46,586 nucleotides of DNA, taken from NCBI RefSeq assembly GCF_001194135.2, contig NC_068993.1, positions 29,069,441-29,116,026 on the forward strand, in the 5' to 3' direction. A program made the translations under genes and the position numbers. The notes under the pieces were generated by a model. The model ran no database searches, was not told the origin of the DNA, and saw only the letters and a program-made list of their open reading frames with translations. Positions 1 to 11,218 of the stretch are shown here, one piece after another; within the stretch, counting starts at the first letter, position 1, and each line of letters opens with the position of its first letter. This stretch comes from Octopus bimaculoides (lineage: Eukaryota).

Positions 1-1439
1 CACACTGAAGTACGAAATATTTACCGAAAGAATAAAATCTTGTACCGACTATACCTGTATTTTAATTAATTCAAATTAATGTACCTCATCTTGAAAAGTG
101 GCAAAATTTTTGTCGGTTGCCATCTGGGATAATTTTAGTAACAAATCAAAACAGTTAAGATGCATTAAGAATTTCAATTTTAGTGTTTATCCATAATGTT
201 ATTGCTTTTACACCTGTTAATTAAATTTACCTGCCCATAAAAGTCAAATTTACTCAGCAAGATCAGCTAAAATTACATAACAATAAACCAGTGGTACCTA
301 CTGATAAAAATTTCAAATCTGTATGTCACAATTTACAAAGTTACAAGCAATTATTGTGAACACCCTGCTTGAACCTGAATAATTCTTAATAACATGAACA
401 AATAAACACTACATTTGATAGATTTAATATGAACACTAAAGATATTTTAGGTGTTACTTTTCTTACACACACAGATGACATGGCCTTGCTTGGTTGGGAC
501 AACACGTGCTACTTTGACATCACCATTTCATAAAATTTGTTTATGGGGAGAAAAATATTGAAAAATATCAATAGATGTGTGAGTGAGAAAGAAATAAGGA
601 GGGAGGTTTTGTGAAGTGCTAGAAACAACAGCCAGATCTCCCTTAAATCACACATTTTCCTCTGAAATTATTAAAAGTCTTTTAAACTGAAAATGTTTCT
701 CTCATGGGTTTTAAGTGTGTAGTGAAAAAAAAAAAACCAAAATCGTTTCAGACTGGGGTGGTGAAGAGGAGGTGGGAGTGAAAAAAAAAATTTTCAGAAT
801 TCTTTTCTTTTTTACTTGAAAAGATGCCTCCCANNNNNNNNNNNNNNNNNNNNNNNNNNNNNNNNNNNNNNNNNNNNNNNNNNNNNNNNNNNNNNNNNNN
901 NNNNNNNNNNNNNNNNNNNNNNNNNNNNNNNNNNNNNNNNNNNNNNNNNNNNNNNNNNNNNNNNNNNNNNNNNNNNNNNNNNNNNNNNNNNNNNNNNNNN
1001 NNNNNNNNNNNNNNNNNNNNNNNNNNNNNNNNNNNNNNNNNNNNNNNNNNNNNNNNNNNNNNNNNNNNNNNNNNNNNNNNNNNNNNNNNNNNNNNNNNNN
1101 NNNNNNNNNNNNNNNNNNNNNNNTCCTCACTGTCCCCTTCCAAACATTTTGCCTACAAATTTCTTTGTAATAGTAATCTACACTGTCTGAAAGGTATTTG
1201 TATAAAATTTCAATAAAAAATACTTATTTTCCAGAAAGAATGTTGGGTTTTGTGAATATTCCAAAACTCCTCTCCCCAACCCCTTGCAAAGTTTTTCCAA
1301 CAAATCTTTACATACACTCAATCTACAGGATATAAGCGATTATTTGGTGAAAGTTTCGTTAAAAAGTATCCGTTTTTCTGGAAGTTATGAGGCAACAAAG
1401 TCGGTGGGGTATTAAACTGTAGTTATGCCTTTTTCAATA

Positions 1440-1580
1440 AAAGTTAATGCTAACAGATTAATGTTAATTTCTGTTACATTTTCAAAGAATTAATGGATTA
1501 ACAATTATTGAAGTTAACTTTTTGGTTAACAGATTAATGATCAACGAAGTTAACTTTACGATTAACGGTGCCCACCTCTG
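1440..1580 (-). mobile_element. Probable terminus of a hAT-like MITE
   Basis: The minus strand begins CAGAGGTGGGCACCGTTAATCG, followed by repeated GTTAAC/TTAA subterminal motifs. The other end was not identified. Confidence 0.4.
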
Positions 1581-2320
1581 TATATGCAAACGCGTACATA
1601 CACACACACATATACACGTGTACATACACACATTAGCACATGTACACACATACCTCCAACACACAATACACATACAGACATGCACACAATTACACACACA
1701 TGGGCACAAACACACACACAAATAAGCACACACACACACACATACTCACAGGTACGCACATATATGCCTTCTCAAACCCCATACACAACCCATGCACACA
1801 CAAATTCATACACACACATACATATACATACACATACAATATATACATATACGGGCACACACACATACACATATAGACACATACACACACATACGCATGC
1901 ACACGAATGCACATATACCTAACACTCACAACCCCACATACACACCTGCACATGCACACACAACTACATGCACATACATACACATGCAAAAAGAACGCAC
2001 CAATACCCCCTACACAACCCCTCGTTCACAAACACACATAGAGACGCACACATACACAAACACACATAGATACGCACACACACAAAATACAAGCGCCCAT
2101 ACACACACATGTACACATGCACACACATATATACACACACACAAATGAACCCACACACACCTCCCATACACACAGCACACACTCATACATACACGCACAC
2201 AATTATACATACATGTACACACACAGAGTAAAGTACAGACACAACCTCATGTGTACACACATACCTACACGTACACACACACACTACATATACATATATG
2301 CACACACACACATACTTCAA
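1581..2320. repeat. Degenerate (CA/TA)n low-complexity tract, ~740 bp
   Basis: Near-continuous purine-pyrimidine alternation (cacacacatatacac...). It produces the spurious His/Thr and Val/Cys ORFs in the track. Confidence 0.9.
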
Positions 2321-2334
2321 ATTACCAGTACCTT

Positions 2335-2549
2335 TCTTATTTCTTGACTGCCCACAAGGGACAAACAAGGACAGACAAACGGATTAAGTCGATTATATCG
2401 ACCCCAGTGCTTAACTGGTACTTATTTAATCGACCCCGAAAAGATGAAAGGCAAAGTCGACCTCGGCGGAATTTGAACTTAGAATGTAAAGACAGGCGAA
2501 ATACCACTAAGCATTTCGCCTGGCGTGCTAACGTTTCTGCCAGCTCGCC
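2335..2549 (-). mobile_element. tRNA-derived SINE (Octopus-type)
   Basis: The minus strand reads GGCGAGCTGGCAGAAACGTTAGC (A-box-like), GTTCAAATTCC (B-box-like), then GTCGACTTTGCCTTTCATC..GGGGTCGATTAAATAAGTACCAG. Decayed copies occur at 28600 and 33787. Confidence 0.8.
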
Positions 2550-2860
2550 TGTACCTTTCTACTGAACATTCTCCTATGCACATGTGTAGGTAGACACACA
2601 ACAGGCAGCCACTCCTGCCAAAATTCTTACTATAAATTCTTCCTACGACCTTAAACAATACTAAGTCCAACCACACACACACACACACACGTGCTATCAT
2701 TACACACAGAGATCTGCATGCACGCGCATACCCACATGTACCTCCTGTCTTTGAAAGAACTTTTTCTTCACCCATTCCCTTTCGGTCATTTCAATATGTG
2801 ACCGTGTGTGTATCATTGGCAATTTTATTTTTCCATCTTCCCTTCTTCGGACTTTTTCTA

Positions 2861-2930
2861 TATTTCTGATGAAGAGCTCTGCTCGAAACGTGAAATCCTT
2901 TCTTTTTTTTCCTTTCCTGAGCGTCCAATA
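2861..2930 (+). ncRNA. Minimal type I hammerhead ribozyme motif (Penelope/retrozyme type)
   Basis: CUGAUGA at 2866-2872, an extra A, stem II GAGC/GCUC with a UCU loop, and GAAA at 2885-2888. Stem III is ACGU/GCGU and the GUC triplet ends at 2925. Stem I is UAUU/AAUA with a U.C mismatch next to the core. Confidence 0.6.
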
Positions 2931-2969
2931 ATTCTGTACTNNNNNNNNNNGCTTGTTCATGTTTGGATT

Positions 2970-3009
<40 letters not shown>

Positions 3010-3019
3010 TTATTTATCA

Positions 3020-3705
3020 TGGCAGTGAAACATGGGCTTTGACTATAGAGGATTTGTGAAGGCTTGAAAGAAATGAAACTAGCATGCTCTGCTGGGCGGT
3101 TAATGTCAGTGTGCATGCATGACAGAGTGTAAATGATTTAAGAGAAAAACTGGGTGTAAGAGGCATCACACATTGTGTGCAAGAGAGAAGACTACACTGG
3201 TTTGGTCATGTGATGCATATGGATGAAGACAGACGAGCTCTAATTGCTGAGGTTAGGTGTGGAAGGGGAGATCCAGGAAGATATGGGAAGAAGTGGTAAG
3301 AAAGGATCTTTGGATGCTGCACCTCATTGAGGAAATGACAAAGGACTGGGAAGATGTGGTGATTTGCTGTACTTAATAAGATGCATCAAGCTAAGTAAAA
3401 TCACTGTCTTTCACACATAAAACCTTCCCCTTTCAGGTGCTGGTGCTACATAAAAAGCACCTGTGTCAGTGCTGTATAAGATGCACTTATGCCAGTGCTA
3501 CGTAAATGCACCCATGCTGGTGGTACATAAAAGGCACCCAGCACACTTAAGTGGTTGGCATTAGGAAGGGCATGCAGCTATAGAGACCATGCACAACAGA
3601 CAATTGGAGTTTGGATAGCTCCCAGCTTGTCAGCTCCATGTCAAACTGCCCAACCCATGCCAGCATGGAAAGTGGGTGTTAAACAATGATGATGACGATG
3701 ATGAT
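3020..3705 (+). mobile_element. 5'-truncated, decayed RTE LINE 3' end with (GAT)n tail
   Basis: Remnants of GSETWALT..LERNE.SML and VQERRL.WFGHV. The 3' UTR contains AAAAGCACC, GTGGTTGGCATTAGGAAGGGCAT and CCAACCCATGCCAGCATGGAA, and ends in GAT repeats. Confidence 0.85.
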
Positions 3706-3899
3706 CTTGGATCTGGTTGCAGTGGTGTTCTAAGATGCTGTTGTTACTGCTTTATTCAATATCTCGTGAGTTTGAAGCATGCAGGAATGGCTCCAGCTGT
3801 GGTGGTGTTCTAAGATACTGCTATTGTTGAATTATCCAACATCCTAGCTCTGTCTGTGGTAGTATTTCTAAGGTGACATAGTTGTTTTATCCAACATCT

Positions 3900-4160
3900 A
3901 GGGAGTTCCAAGCTTGTAGGAGGGCATGTTTAAGAAAAGGGCACTGGCTAAAAATTCCTTTCTTTGAGTTTAAAAAAGCCCCTGGATTAAGCAAGTTCCA
4001 TTTGATTATATGTATGGGGTTTCTTCCTCTTTTAGGCACCAAATATGGCTTGCTAGGGACATGATGTTGCGCCTCTCTTGTATCCTAAACAAGGACCTGT
4101 GGTTGTTCAGGGATTGCTTAAATGGAGTTCTAGATGAACCAATATATTTCCATACCTGTA
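3900..4160 (-). mobile_element. Penelope-like GIY-YIG endonuclease fragment
   Basis: WKYIGSSRTPFKQSLNNHRSLFR...SLASHIWCLKEEETPYI*.KWNLL resembles the PLE endonuclease pattern YIG.T...FK.R.NNH.S.F...LS..IW.LK...I.W. Confidence 0.75.
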
Positions 4161-4984
4161 AAAAGGATGTGCTACTACCATTGAGGTTTCTATCATTGGT
4201 CCTGGTTCTAGTGTTTCTAGACATGATTCTGGTATTAACACTGCTGCTGATGTGGAGCCATTTCCAACTGTAAAGTTGGTGATGTTGTTTATGCTACTTA
4301 ATGTGTTGCGATTGTCTCCTTTGTCACTACTGCTATTAGTGCCAATGCTGGTTCTGTAGTCTATGGGTGTGCAATTGCTGCCTAGGCTACTGTTCTGGCT
4401 GCTGGTACTAGCCACCACCTCAGCCTCATAGCCAATCTCCTCGGCTTTTGCACTGACCCCACCCCCAATCACTGGGTAGTAATTGAATACCCTACATGAG
4501 TGGCCTGCCTCTGCTTGCAGCAATAGGGTGCTCACCAACATCTTATTGATGTTGGGAGTGCAACTGAAAGATACTCTTAAGTTATGAGTATTGTATAAAC
4601 GTTCATATCTGTGTGAATGTGTGAAGTGTTTGTCTTCTAATCTAAGAAATGTTCTTACCAGGCAAGTTAAGAGAGAAGGGTGAGCAAACCAAATGACTTA
4701 ATGGCGGTGTTTCTTTTTATGGTACTAGATCCCAGCATATAGATGCTGGTTCTTAAGACAGAGGGTAATTTAGATCCTTCAAAGAAACTAAGAAACAGTT
4801 AATAAGTACAGAAATGGCCAGATTTTATCACTTTATTGTCTCTAAATGTTTAATTTTATTCTGTTTTGCACTTTCTTCCTTATAATCTGGACTATGGAGA
4901 TAGAATTAGGAACCTTGTCCTTGGTTGTGGGACAGCAAGTGTTGAAGTAGTTTGAAGTTCACAGGTAGGACGTACCTCTGATGG

Positions 4985-5300
4985 TCAGAATAAATTTGTA
5001 TTTCCTGTTGATAGATACTGCAGGTTGGTGGAGAATATGCAGTCCTTTATGGAGACAAGCTGGTAATTGCGGGTGCCAAGTGAGTAAGGTGGGGGCCTTG
5101 TTGATGATAGTCCATTCAATGTTGGAGGTCATGGAATCTCCAGAGAAAACAAGTCAAAGTGGTGGAATTCTCTCTCTCCCTGCATCTAAGTGAATGTACT
5201 GCATGTACTGATATCCTTAAAGTCATTGGTCATCATGCCCATGTAGTGCCTTGTGATGCTATTGCATGGTGTGAGGGTGGCTCTGTAAATTACAACCCTT
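4985..5300 (-). mobile_element. Second Penelope-like GIY-YIG endonuclease fragment
   Basis: Frameshifted VIYRATL...HYMGMMTNDFK...ENSTTLTCFLW...IEWTIINKAP.YSLGTRN.QL, the same motif order as the endonuclease at 13172-13555. Confidence 0.7.
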
Positions 5301-5769
5301 GAAAGACAGGATCCTCCTAAAAGGAAGCTAGTAGGGTTTCAGAAATTATAGATGGTGTTGGAGACTGTGTAGGTGCATGTTTGTATCTCTTGTAGTGTGC
5401 AATGTACATATGATGGACTCTCCTGTCAAAACTTATGTGAGTGTTCAGCAAGAAGACGGGGGAAAAAATCCAACCAAATAGACAATCAAAAACACACATT
5501 ACTATTACTACTATTCACCAATGTTTACAGTTCATTCACTTCACCTAGTGATTCATATGAGTCCTCAGGCTACCAAAGGCAATATGGATATGATCATGAG
5601 CATGACTAATTAAACCATCACATGATCTATGTTTGCATTTATTATATATAAATACATATATATGCATGAATATGTATACGTCTGGTGGTTTATGACACAA
5701 CTCAGAAGTTGAAATATATCACAAACATATTTTAACTAACCTAAAGTTTGCTTGGAGCTAATACTGCTG

Positions 5770-5870
<101 letters not shown>

Positions 5871-5877
5871 CATATCC

Positions 5878-6410
5878 TCATCACCATCATTGTCATTTAG
5901 TGTTTACTTTTCCTGCTGGCACATGGTGGACAATTCAATAGAACCTAACAAGCTGGATGACTGCTTCATGCACCAATGTCTGTTTTGGCATAGATAGATT
6001 CTGTAGTTGGATACCCTTCCTAAAGACAGCTTGTTTACAGAGGGTACTGGGTGCTTTTGTATGGTGCCAGCACCAGCAAAGATGCCTTGAAACTTGCAAG
6101 ACTAAATGGCTTAAAGGGTAATGAAAACTAAAGAACAGTAAAGAGAGTGTGATGATTTTAGGCAAGATTTTGAGAGTAAAGCATGGTGAGAGGAACAGAT
6201 TTATATTTGTGAGAAGGGATAATGGAGAGCATGGAAGAGTAGACATTATTGGGGGAGGTATATGGAATGGGGAGGAGAGAGGGAGGGATTAGTTTCAGTG
6301 GTTAGTGAGAAATGAAGTGGCAAGGGTGATGAGGAGGGTTGTATAGTAGGGGTCCAGAGCTTTTCTACATTATGAGGGTAGAAAGTGCTATTCTGTTCCT
6401 ACAATATATC
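5878..6410 (-). mobile_element. Long 3' UTR of an older RTE family (decayed)
   Basis: Starts with a (CAT)n-like tail, then inverted AAAAGCACC/GGAAGGGTATCCA motifs and a GA-rich body shared with 15500-16260, 22070-22900 and 41992-42920. Confidence 0.6.
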
Positions 6411-6419
6411 AAGGTTTCA

Positions 6420-6950
6420 CTAGTTACTGTATTCCTTCCTTCCCTCACTGCATTGCACTCTGGATAATCCTCAATCATTTCATTATATTCACGTCCTTGT
6501 ACCTTGAGAATATACCCTGGCACATCACCACCATCTCTCTCTCCCTTTTACTGGAGTGACTATGTATCTACTCAACAACAATACACCTGTTTCTGTCCCT
6601 CTATCATACTCTAAACTTTCACAAAGCCACTTTCTCCAAAACAATCCCACTCTCAAAGGATCTTTATCTTGCAAATTACTTGGTGACCTCACCGGTGCTG
6701 GTGCCATGTAAAAAGGCATCAAGTTCACTCTGTAAAGTAGTTGGTACTTGGAAGGGAATTCCCTGAAAAAACCGTGCCAAAGCAGACCTCATTGATACTG
6801 GTGCACCCAGTTCACTCTGTAAAGTGGTTGGCATTAGGAAGGGCATCCAGCCATAAAAACCAAGTCAAAACAGACAATGGAGGTTGGTGTAGCCCTCTGG
6901 CTTACTAGCATGGAAGATGAACGTTAAATGAGAATGATGATAATAAAGGC
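6420..6950 (+). mobile_element. Long 3' UTR of an older RTE family (decayed)
   Basis: Pyrimidine-rich body, then CTTGCAAATTACTTGGTGACC, GTGGTTGGCATTAGGAAGGGCATCCAGC and AGCATGGAAGATGAACGTTAAATGA, ending in a GAT-like tail. Confidence 0.65.
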
Positions 6951-7029
6951 TGAGTATGACAAGGATCCAGAAAGTCATTCACAGAAAGAGAGATGTGTGG
7001 GGCATGGGTCGGAGTAAACAAGTTAGAAA

Positions 7030-7915
7030 GAGATGAGGGGGAATTTGTGCACACTACATCTGATGTCTCTGGTGGCCAGTTTTCTCTCAACACATTTACA
7101 GATTGCACACTGACATTGCATATCCAGCAGAGCATGCTAGATTCATTTCTTCTGAGCCTTCTGCATTAATAGTCCACATTTAACTACTATGTAGCATTAC
7201 TGTTTGTACACAAGTATCATACACTCTACTTTTCACTCTGAAGGAGAGACCCTTTGTCATCAACAAAGATAATAGTTTTCTGAACTTACCCCAGCCAGTT
7301 CTAATTCTAGTGGCTATGCTCTCAGAGCATTCTCCTCCACTGCTAATTAAGTTACCTAAGTATCAGAAATTATCTACAGTATCAAAAGATCATACCTATG
7401 CAGCAGTCACTCATCACATTTATCACATGCTCATACAAACACAGCCTTCTCTCATGCACACTACATCTGTTTCCCCTTACACTATTTTTTTCTGGGTTTA
7501 TTTGTACTCTGATATTCACATACACTAATTTTACACATCCACTGGAGCACACTTCATATCTTTCTCGATTGTGCAAGTCTTTTGCATTCTAAGTCCGTGT
7601 CCCACTACCTTGCAGCATTACATTTTGGACACAAATATTATACAATCAGCCTTTCATTCTGAAGGAGAAAGCCTTTGTTGCTAGCAGAAGTAATAAGTCC
7701 CTGAACTTTTAAAAAACTTTTCTTACTCTAGCTACTATAGAACAACCATTGCCATTGTTTCTGGTGTGCTCATAGAGCTTATTACCTCAGTGCATCTGCC
7801 ATATACAAAGCCTGATTTCTCTGACAGCTTGCTTGTGATTCCACAGTAACAGAGTCCTTTCTTCTCTTCTGTTAACTAACATTTTAGTCTTAACTAAGTT
7901 TACTTAGTAGCCTTG
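7030..7915 (-). mobile_element. Two tandem decayed RTE RT C-terminal fragments
   Basis: The minus strand has ACTAGAATTAGAACTGGCTGGGGTAAGTTCAGAAAAC (TRIR.GW.KFR) and a second copy of the same region (AAGTTCAGGGACTTATTAC...AGAATGAAAGGC). Both are homologous to 40620-40900. Confidence 0.65.
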
Positions 7916-7944
7916 CAGTTCAAGATTTTGTTTCTAAATGTAGA

Positions 7945-8110
7945 ATTTCATGGCTGTGTAGTTTCAAAGTTCACTTCAGAAGAATGTTGTTTGGGGTCTG
8001 ACCCCATTGTGTGAACATTGTCAGCTAATGTTCTATGCTATAGCCATGAATTGACCAATTCTTTGTGAGTGAAATTGGCAGTCAGGAACTGAAGAAGCCT
8101 TTTATATATT
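7945..8110 (+). mobile_element. Decayed tRNA-SINE (family of 24728 and 45175)
   Basis: TGGCTGTGTAG head and TTGTGAGTGAAATTGGCAG..GAACTGAAGAAGCC end motif. Confidence 0.5.
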
Positions 8111-8111
8111 T

Positions 8112-8997
8112 ATGTGTGAAACATGGGCTGTGACTGCTGAGGACATGCGTAAGCTCGCAAGGAATGAAGCCAGTATGCTCCGCTGGATGTGTAATGTCAA
8201 TATGCATACCCGTCAGAGTGTAAGTATCTTGAGAGAAAAGCTGAACATAAGAAGCATCAGTTGTGGTGTGCAAGAGAGACGATTGCGCTGGTTTGGACAT
8301 GTGGTGAGAATGAATGAGGATAGCTGCGTGAAAAAGTGCCACACCCTAACAGTTGAGGGAACCCGTGGAAGAGGTAGGCCCAGGAAGACCTGGGCTGAGG
8401 TGGTGAGGCAAGACCTTCGAACATTGGGCCTCACCGAGGCGATGACTACTGACCGAGACCTTTGGAAATGTGCTGTGCGNNNNNNNNNNNNNNNNNNNNN
8501 NNNNNNNNNNNNNNNNNNNNNNNNNNNNNNNNNNNNNNNNNNNNNNNNNNNNNNNNNNNNNNNNNNNNNNNNNNNNNNNNNNNNNNNNNNNNNNNNNNNN
8601 NNNNNNNNNNNNNNNNNNNNNNNNNNNNNNNNNNNNNNNNNNNNNNNNNNNNNNNNNNNNNNNNNNNNATGACCGTTGCCAGTACCGCCTGACTGGCCTT
8701 TGTAGGGTTTTCAAGCGAGATCGTTGCCAGTGCCCCTGGACTGGCTCTTGTGCGAGTGGCACATAAAAGACACCATTTCGAGCGTGGCCGTTTTCGTGCG
8801 GGTGACATGTAAAAGCACCCACTACACTCTCTGAGTGGTTGGCGTTAGGAAGGGCATCCAGCTGTAGAAACTCTGCCAAATTAGATTGGAGCCTGGTGTT
8901 GCCATCCGGTTTCACCAGTCCTCAGTCAAATTGTCCAACCCATGCTAGCATGGAAAGCGGACGTTAAACGATGATGATGATGATGATGATGATGATG
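8112..8997 (+). mobile_element. RTE LINE 3' end (RT C-terminus, 3' UTR, (GAT)n tail), spanning a gap
   Basis: ETWAVTAEDMRKLARNEASMLRWMCNV...RLRWFGHVVRM...GRGRPRKTW. The 3' UTR ends CCAACCCATGCTAGCATGGAAAGCGGACGTTAAAC(GAT)n. Confidence 0.92.
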
Positions 8998-9359
8998 TGT
9001 ACGTATGAATGTGTGGGTGAGTTTGTATTTCTCCTTCTTTACGTGTCCATTAACTGTAAACAAAACATAAGCATTTATTATCAATCTCAAAAGCACATCA
9101 TGGCTTCTTTACATGTCTTCACATGTAGTGTAATCTTTGTAAACAAAAAGCTCATAACTATGTCCAGGCTGTTCTTTGTATGATAAACTAGAGGATTATT
9201 ACTTTACTTGGGAACAGATGAGGTATGACAACAGAAAAGACATCTGGCCATAAAAAAATCTGCTTCAATGAATTCCACCTGATCTATGCAAGCATGGAGA
9301 AGTGGAAGTTAAAAGTGATGACAAATTCTACAATAGATTCAGCTATAAGAATCTATTGT

Positions 9360-9615
9360 AGATTCTGCATATAGGTGTTCTCGTGGACAAATAGGATGAA
9401 TAGCAGGGAGATGAGAAATGAATCTTGATGAACTACTTCTTACATGTTAAAGTTGTCTCTGAACTCAACTCGCATTCTTAATTACTTACTGCACCTCTAT
9501 ACATAGCCTGTACAGCTCCCACAAACCATTCACCAACACCTAATGCACATGAATGGATCTTAGTGACGCACCTTGCCAAAAGCTTTCTCCAAATCACACA
9601 CACTAAAGAAAGATA
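9360..9615 (-). mobile_element. Decayed RTE RT fragment
   Basis: The minus strand gives DLEKAF, LGVGEWFVGAVQAMYRGAVS and VHQDS remnants, homologous to 39925-40110. Confidence 0.6.
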
Positions 9616-9859
9616 AGTAATGGAACTTGTTCAAGCAAAGATGTAATTCAAATAATTAGATATTTAATTTGCTATATGAGAAAGGGAGAAAAAAGAAGAG
9701 GGGAAAATATACTGATAGAAAGAAAAAGAGGAAGGAAAAGTGAGATAGTGAAAAAGGTAAGAAAAGAGAGAAATGAGAAAAGGTGAGTAAAAAGAAAGGA
9801 GAAAGTGAAAGAAAGAGAGAAACATGAATGGCATGTATGCTGTGTACATTGTTACTCAC

Positions 9860-9985
9860 GTGTAAAAATCCCAATAAATGTTTCTGATAGTTTATTAGTT
9901 AATAAACATTCTGGTAGTTCACGGAAATATTGCTTTGTGAGGTCAGCAACATCATAAGATTGCAAACTGGTAAAAGCAACCATAT
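9860..9985 (-). CDS. DLC1: DLC1/STARD13/cv-c-like RhoGAP, coding exon (RhoGAP core)
   Basis: Manual translation gives (D)MVAFTSLQSYDVADLTKQYFRELPECLLTNKLSETFIGIFT(H), versus DLC1 SAYDVADMLKQYFRDLPEPLMTNKLSETF. Acceptor is ttttcacttttAG; donor is C|GTGAGT. 126 bp, phase 1 to 1. Not listed in the ORF track. Confidence 0.95.
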
Positions 9986-10349
9986 CTAAAAGTGAAAAAT
10001 AAAACAAAAAGGATGTAGTTTAGATAGATCTTTCATGAGGTTATTGATTGTGTGTGCATGTGTATCTATTTATATATGTATATATACATAACCATCTTCA
10101 TACTTTTCAAAGAAAGAATAAAACATCGCCAACTTATTACAAAGATTTGAGAAATGTGCAAAACAAAATTGACTTGCAGTTATCATGGTGCACTGTTAGA
10201 TATGCTAAACTTTATGTTAGTGATCAGCTTGGCTGAAGTCTCTGTATGGAGATGCTTGAGGACCAACTACCCACATGTTTTATGATTTTAAACTCATTCA
10301 TAACAAAATTCCCTATAAAGCAGAATCTCGTCAGAGCCAGAAAACACAT

Positions 10350-11013
10350 ATATAATGTCAGTGTACATACTAAACAGATTGTAAGTACCTTGAGAGAAAA
10401 GTTGAAACTAAGAAGCATCAGTTGTGGTGTGCAAGAGAGACGATTGCGCTGGTATGGTCATGTAGCGAGAATGGATGAGGATAGCTGTGTGAAAAAGTGC
10501 CACACTACCTGTAGAAGAGGTAGGCCCAAGAAGATCTGGGATGAAGTGGTGAGGCACGACCTTCGAACATTGGGCATCACGGAGGCAATGACTTCTGACC
10601 GAGACCTTTGGAAATATGCTGTGTGTGAGAAGACCCGGCATGCCAAGTGAGAACTAAATCCAAGGCCTCTGCCAGAGGTGTAGCCAGCCCACTTATGTGT
10701 ACCTTCCTTCATTGGACACTAAACTCTGCTTGCAAAGACCTGTTGAGGCAAGTGAAATTGAAATCGAACTAAACTCGACGACTGGCACCCATGCCAATGT
10801 CGTCTCCTTCATTGGACACGAAACTCGGCTTGTGAAGACCTGTTGAGGTAAGCGAAAGCGAAATCGTGATGGCACCTGTGCCCAGCGTCGCCATCCTGGC
10901 ACTTGTGCCAGTGGCACGTGTTAAGATATTTGAGTGAGATCGTTGCCAGTGCTGCCAGACTGGCTCCTGATTGGCCTTCATGCCGGTGGCACGTAAAAGC
11001 ACCCACTACACTG
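10350..11013 (+). mobile_element. RTE LINE 3' end with internally repeated 3' UTR
   Basis: NVSVHTKQ.VSTLREKLKLRSISCGVQERRLRWYGHVARMDED...RGRPKKIW. The UTR has two copies of CCTTCATTGGACAC..AAGACCTGTTGAGG (10702-10882). Confidence 0.9.
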
Positions 11014-11135
11014 NNNNNNNNNNNNNNNNNNNNNNNNNNNNNNNNNNNNNNNNNNNNNNNNNNNNNNNNNNNNNNNNNNNNNNNNNNNNNNNNNNNNNNN
11101 NNNNNNNNNNNNNATCCATAATAAAACTTGTTTAA

Positions 11136-11218
11136 TAACCTATGCACATTTCAATGCAAGATCTCGACTCACTCTTGTCTGAGATAAAAACATGGAGCCT
11201 TGCACCTCTTCAAGACCA
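11136..11218 (-). ncRNA. Hammerhead ribozyme homolog in the left inverted repeat (C3U core variant)
   Basis: The minus strand reads UGGUC-UUGAAGA-GGUGCAAGGCUC...GAGAUCUUGCAUU-GAAAUGUGCAUA-GGUUA. This is the same fold as 15290-15372, but with UUGAAGA instead of CUGAAGA. Confidence 0.6.

Noticed and set aside
1482-2565. Many His/Thr- and Val/Cys-rich ORFs
   Set aside because: They are translations of the CA/TG low-complexity tract.
3715-3905. Short repeats with variable spacers resembling a CRISPR array
   Set aside because: There are only three highly diverged units, the context is eukaryotic, and no cas genes are present.
4107-4541. 144-aa Ser/Thr-rich minus-strand ORF as a further host exon
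   Set aside because: There is no DLC-family similarity and no convincing splice sites, and it overlaps a PLE remnant.
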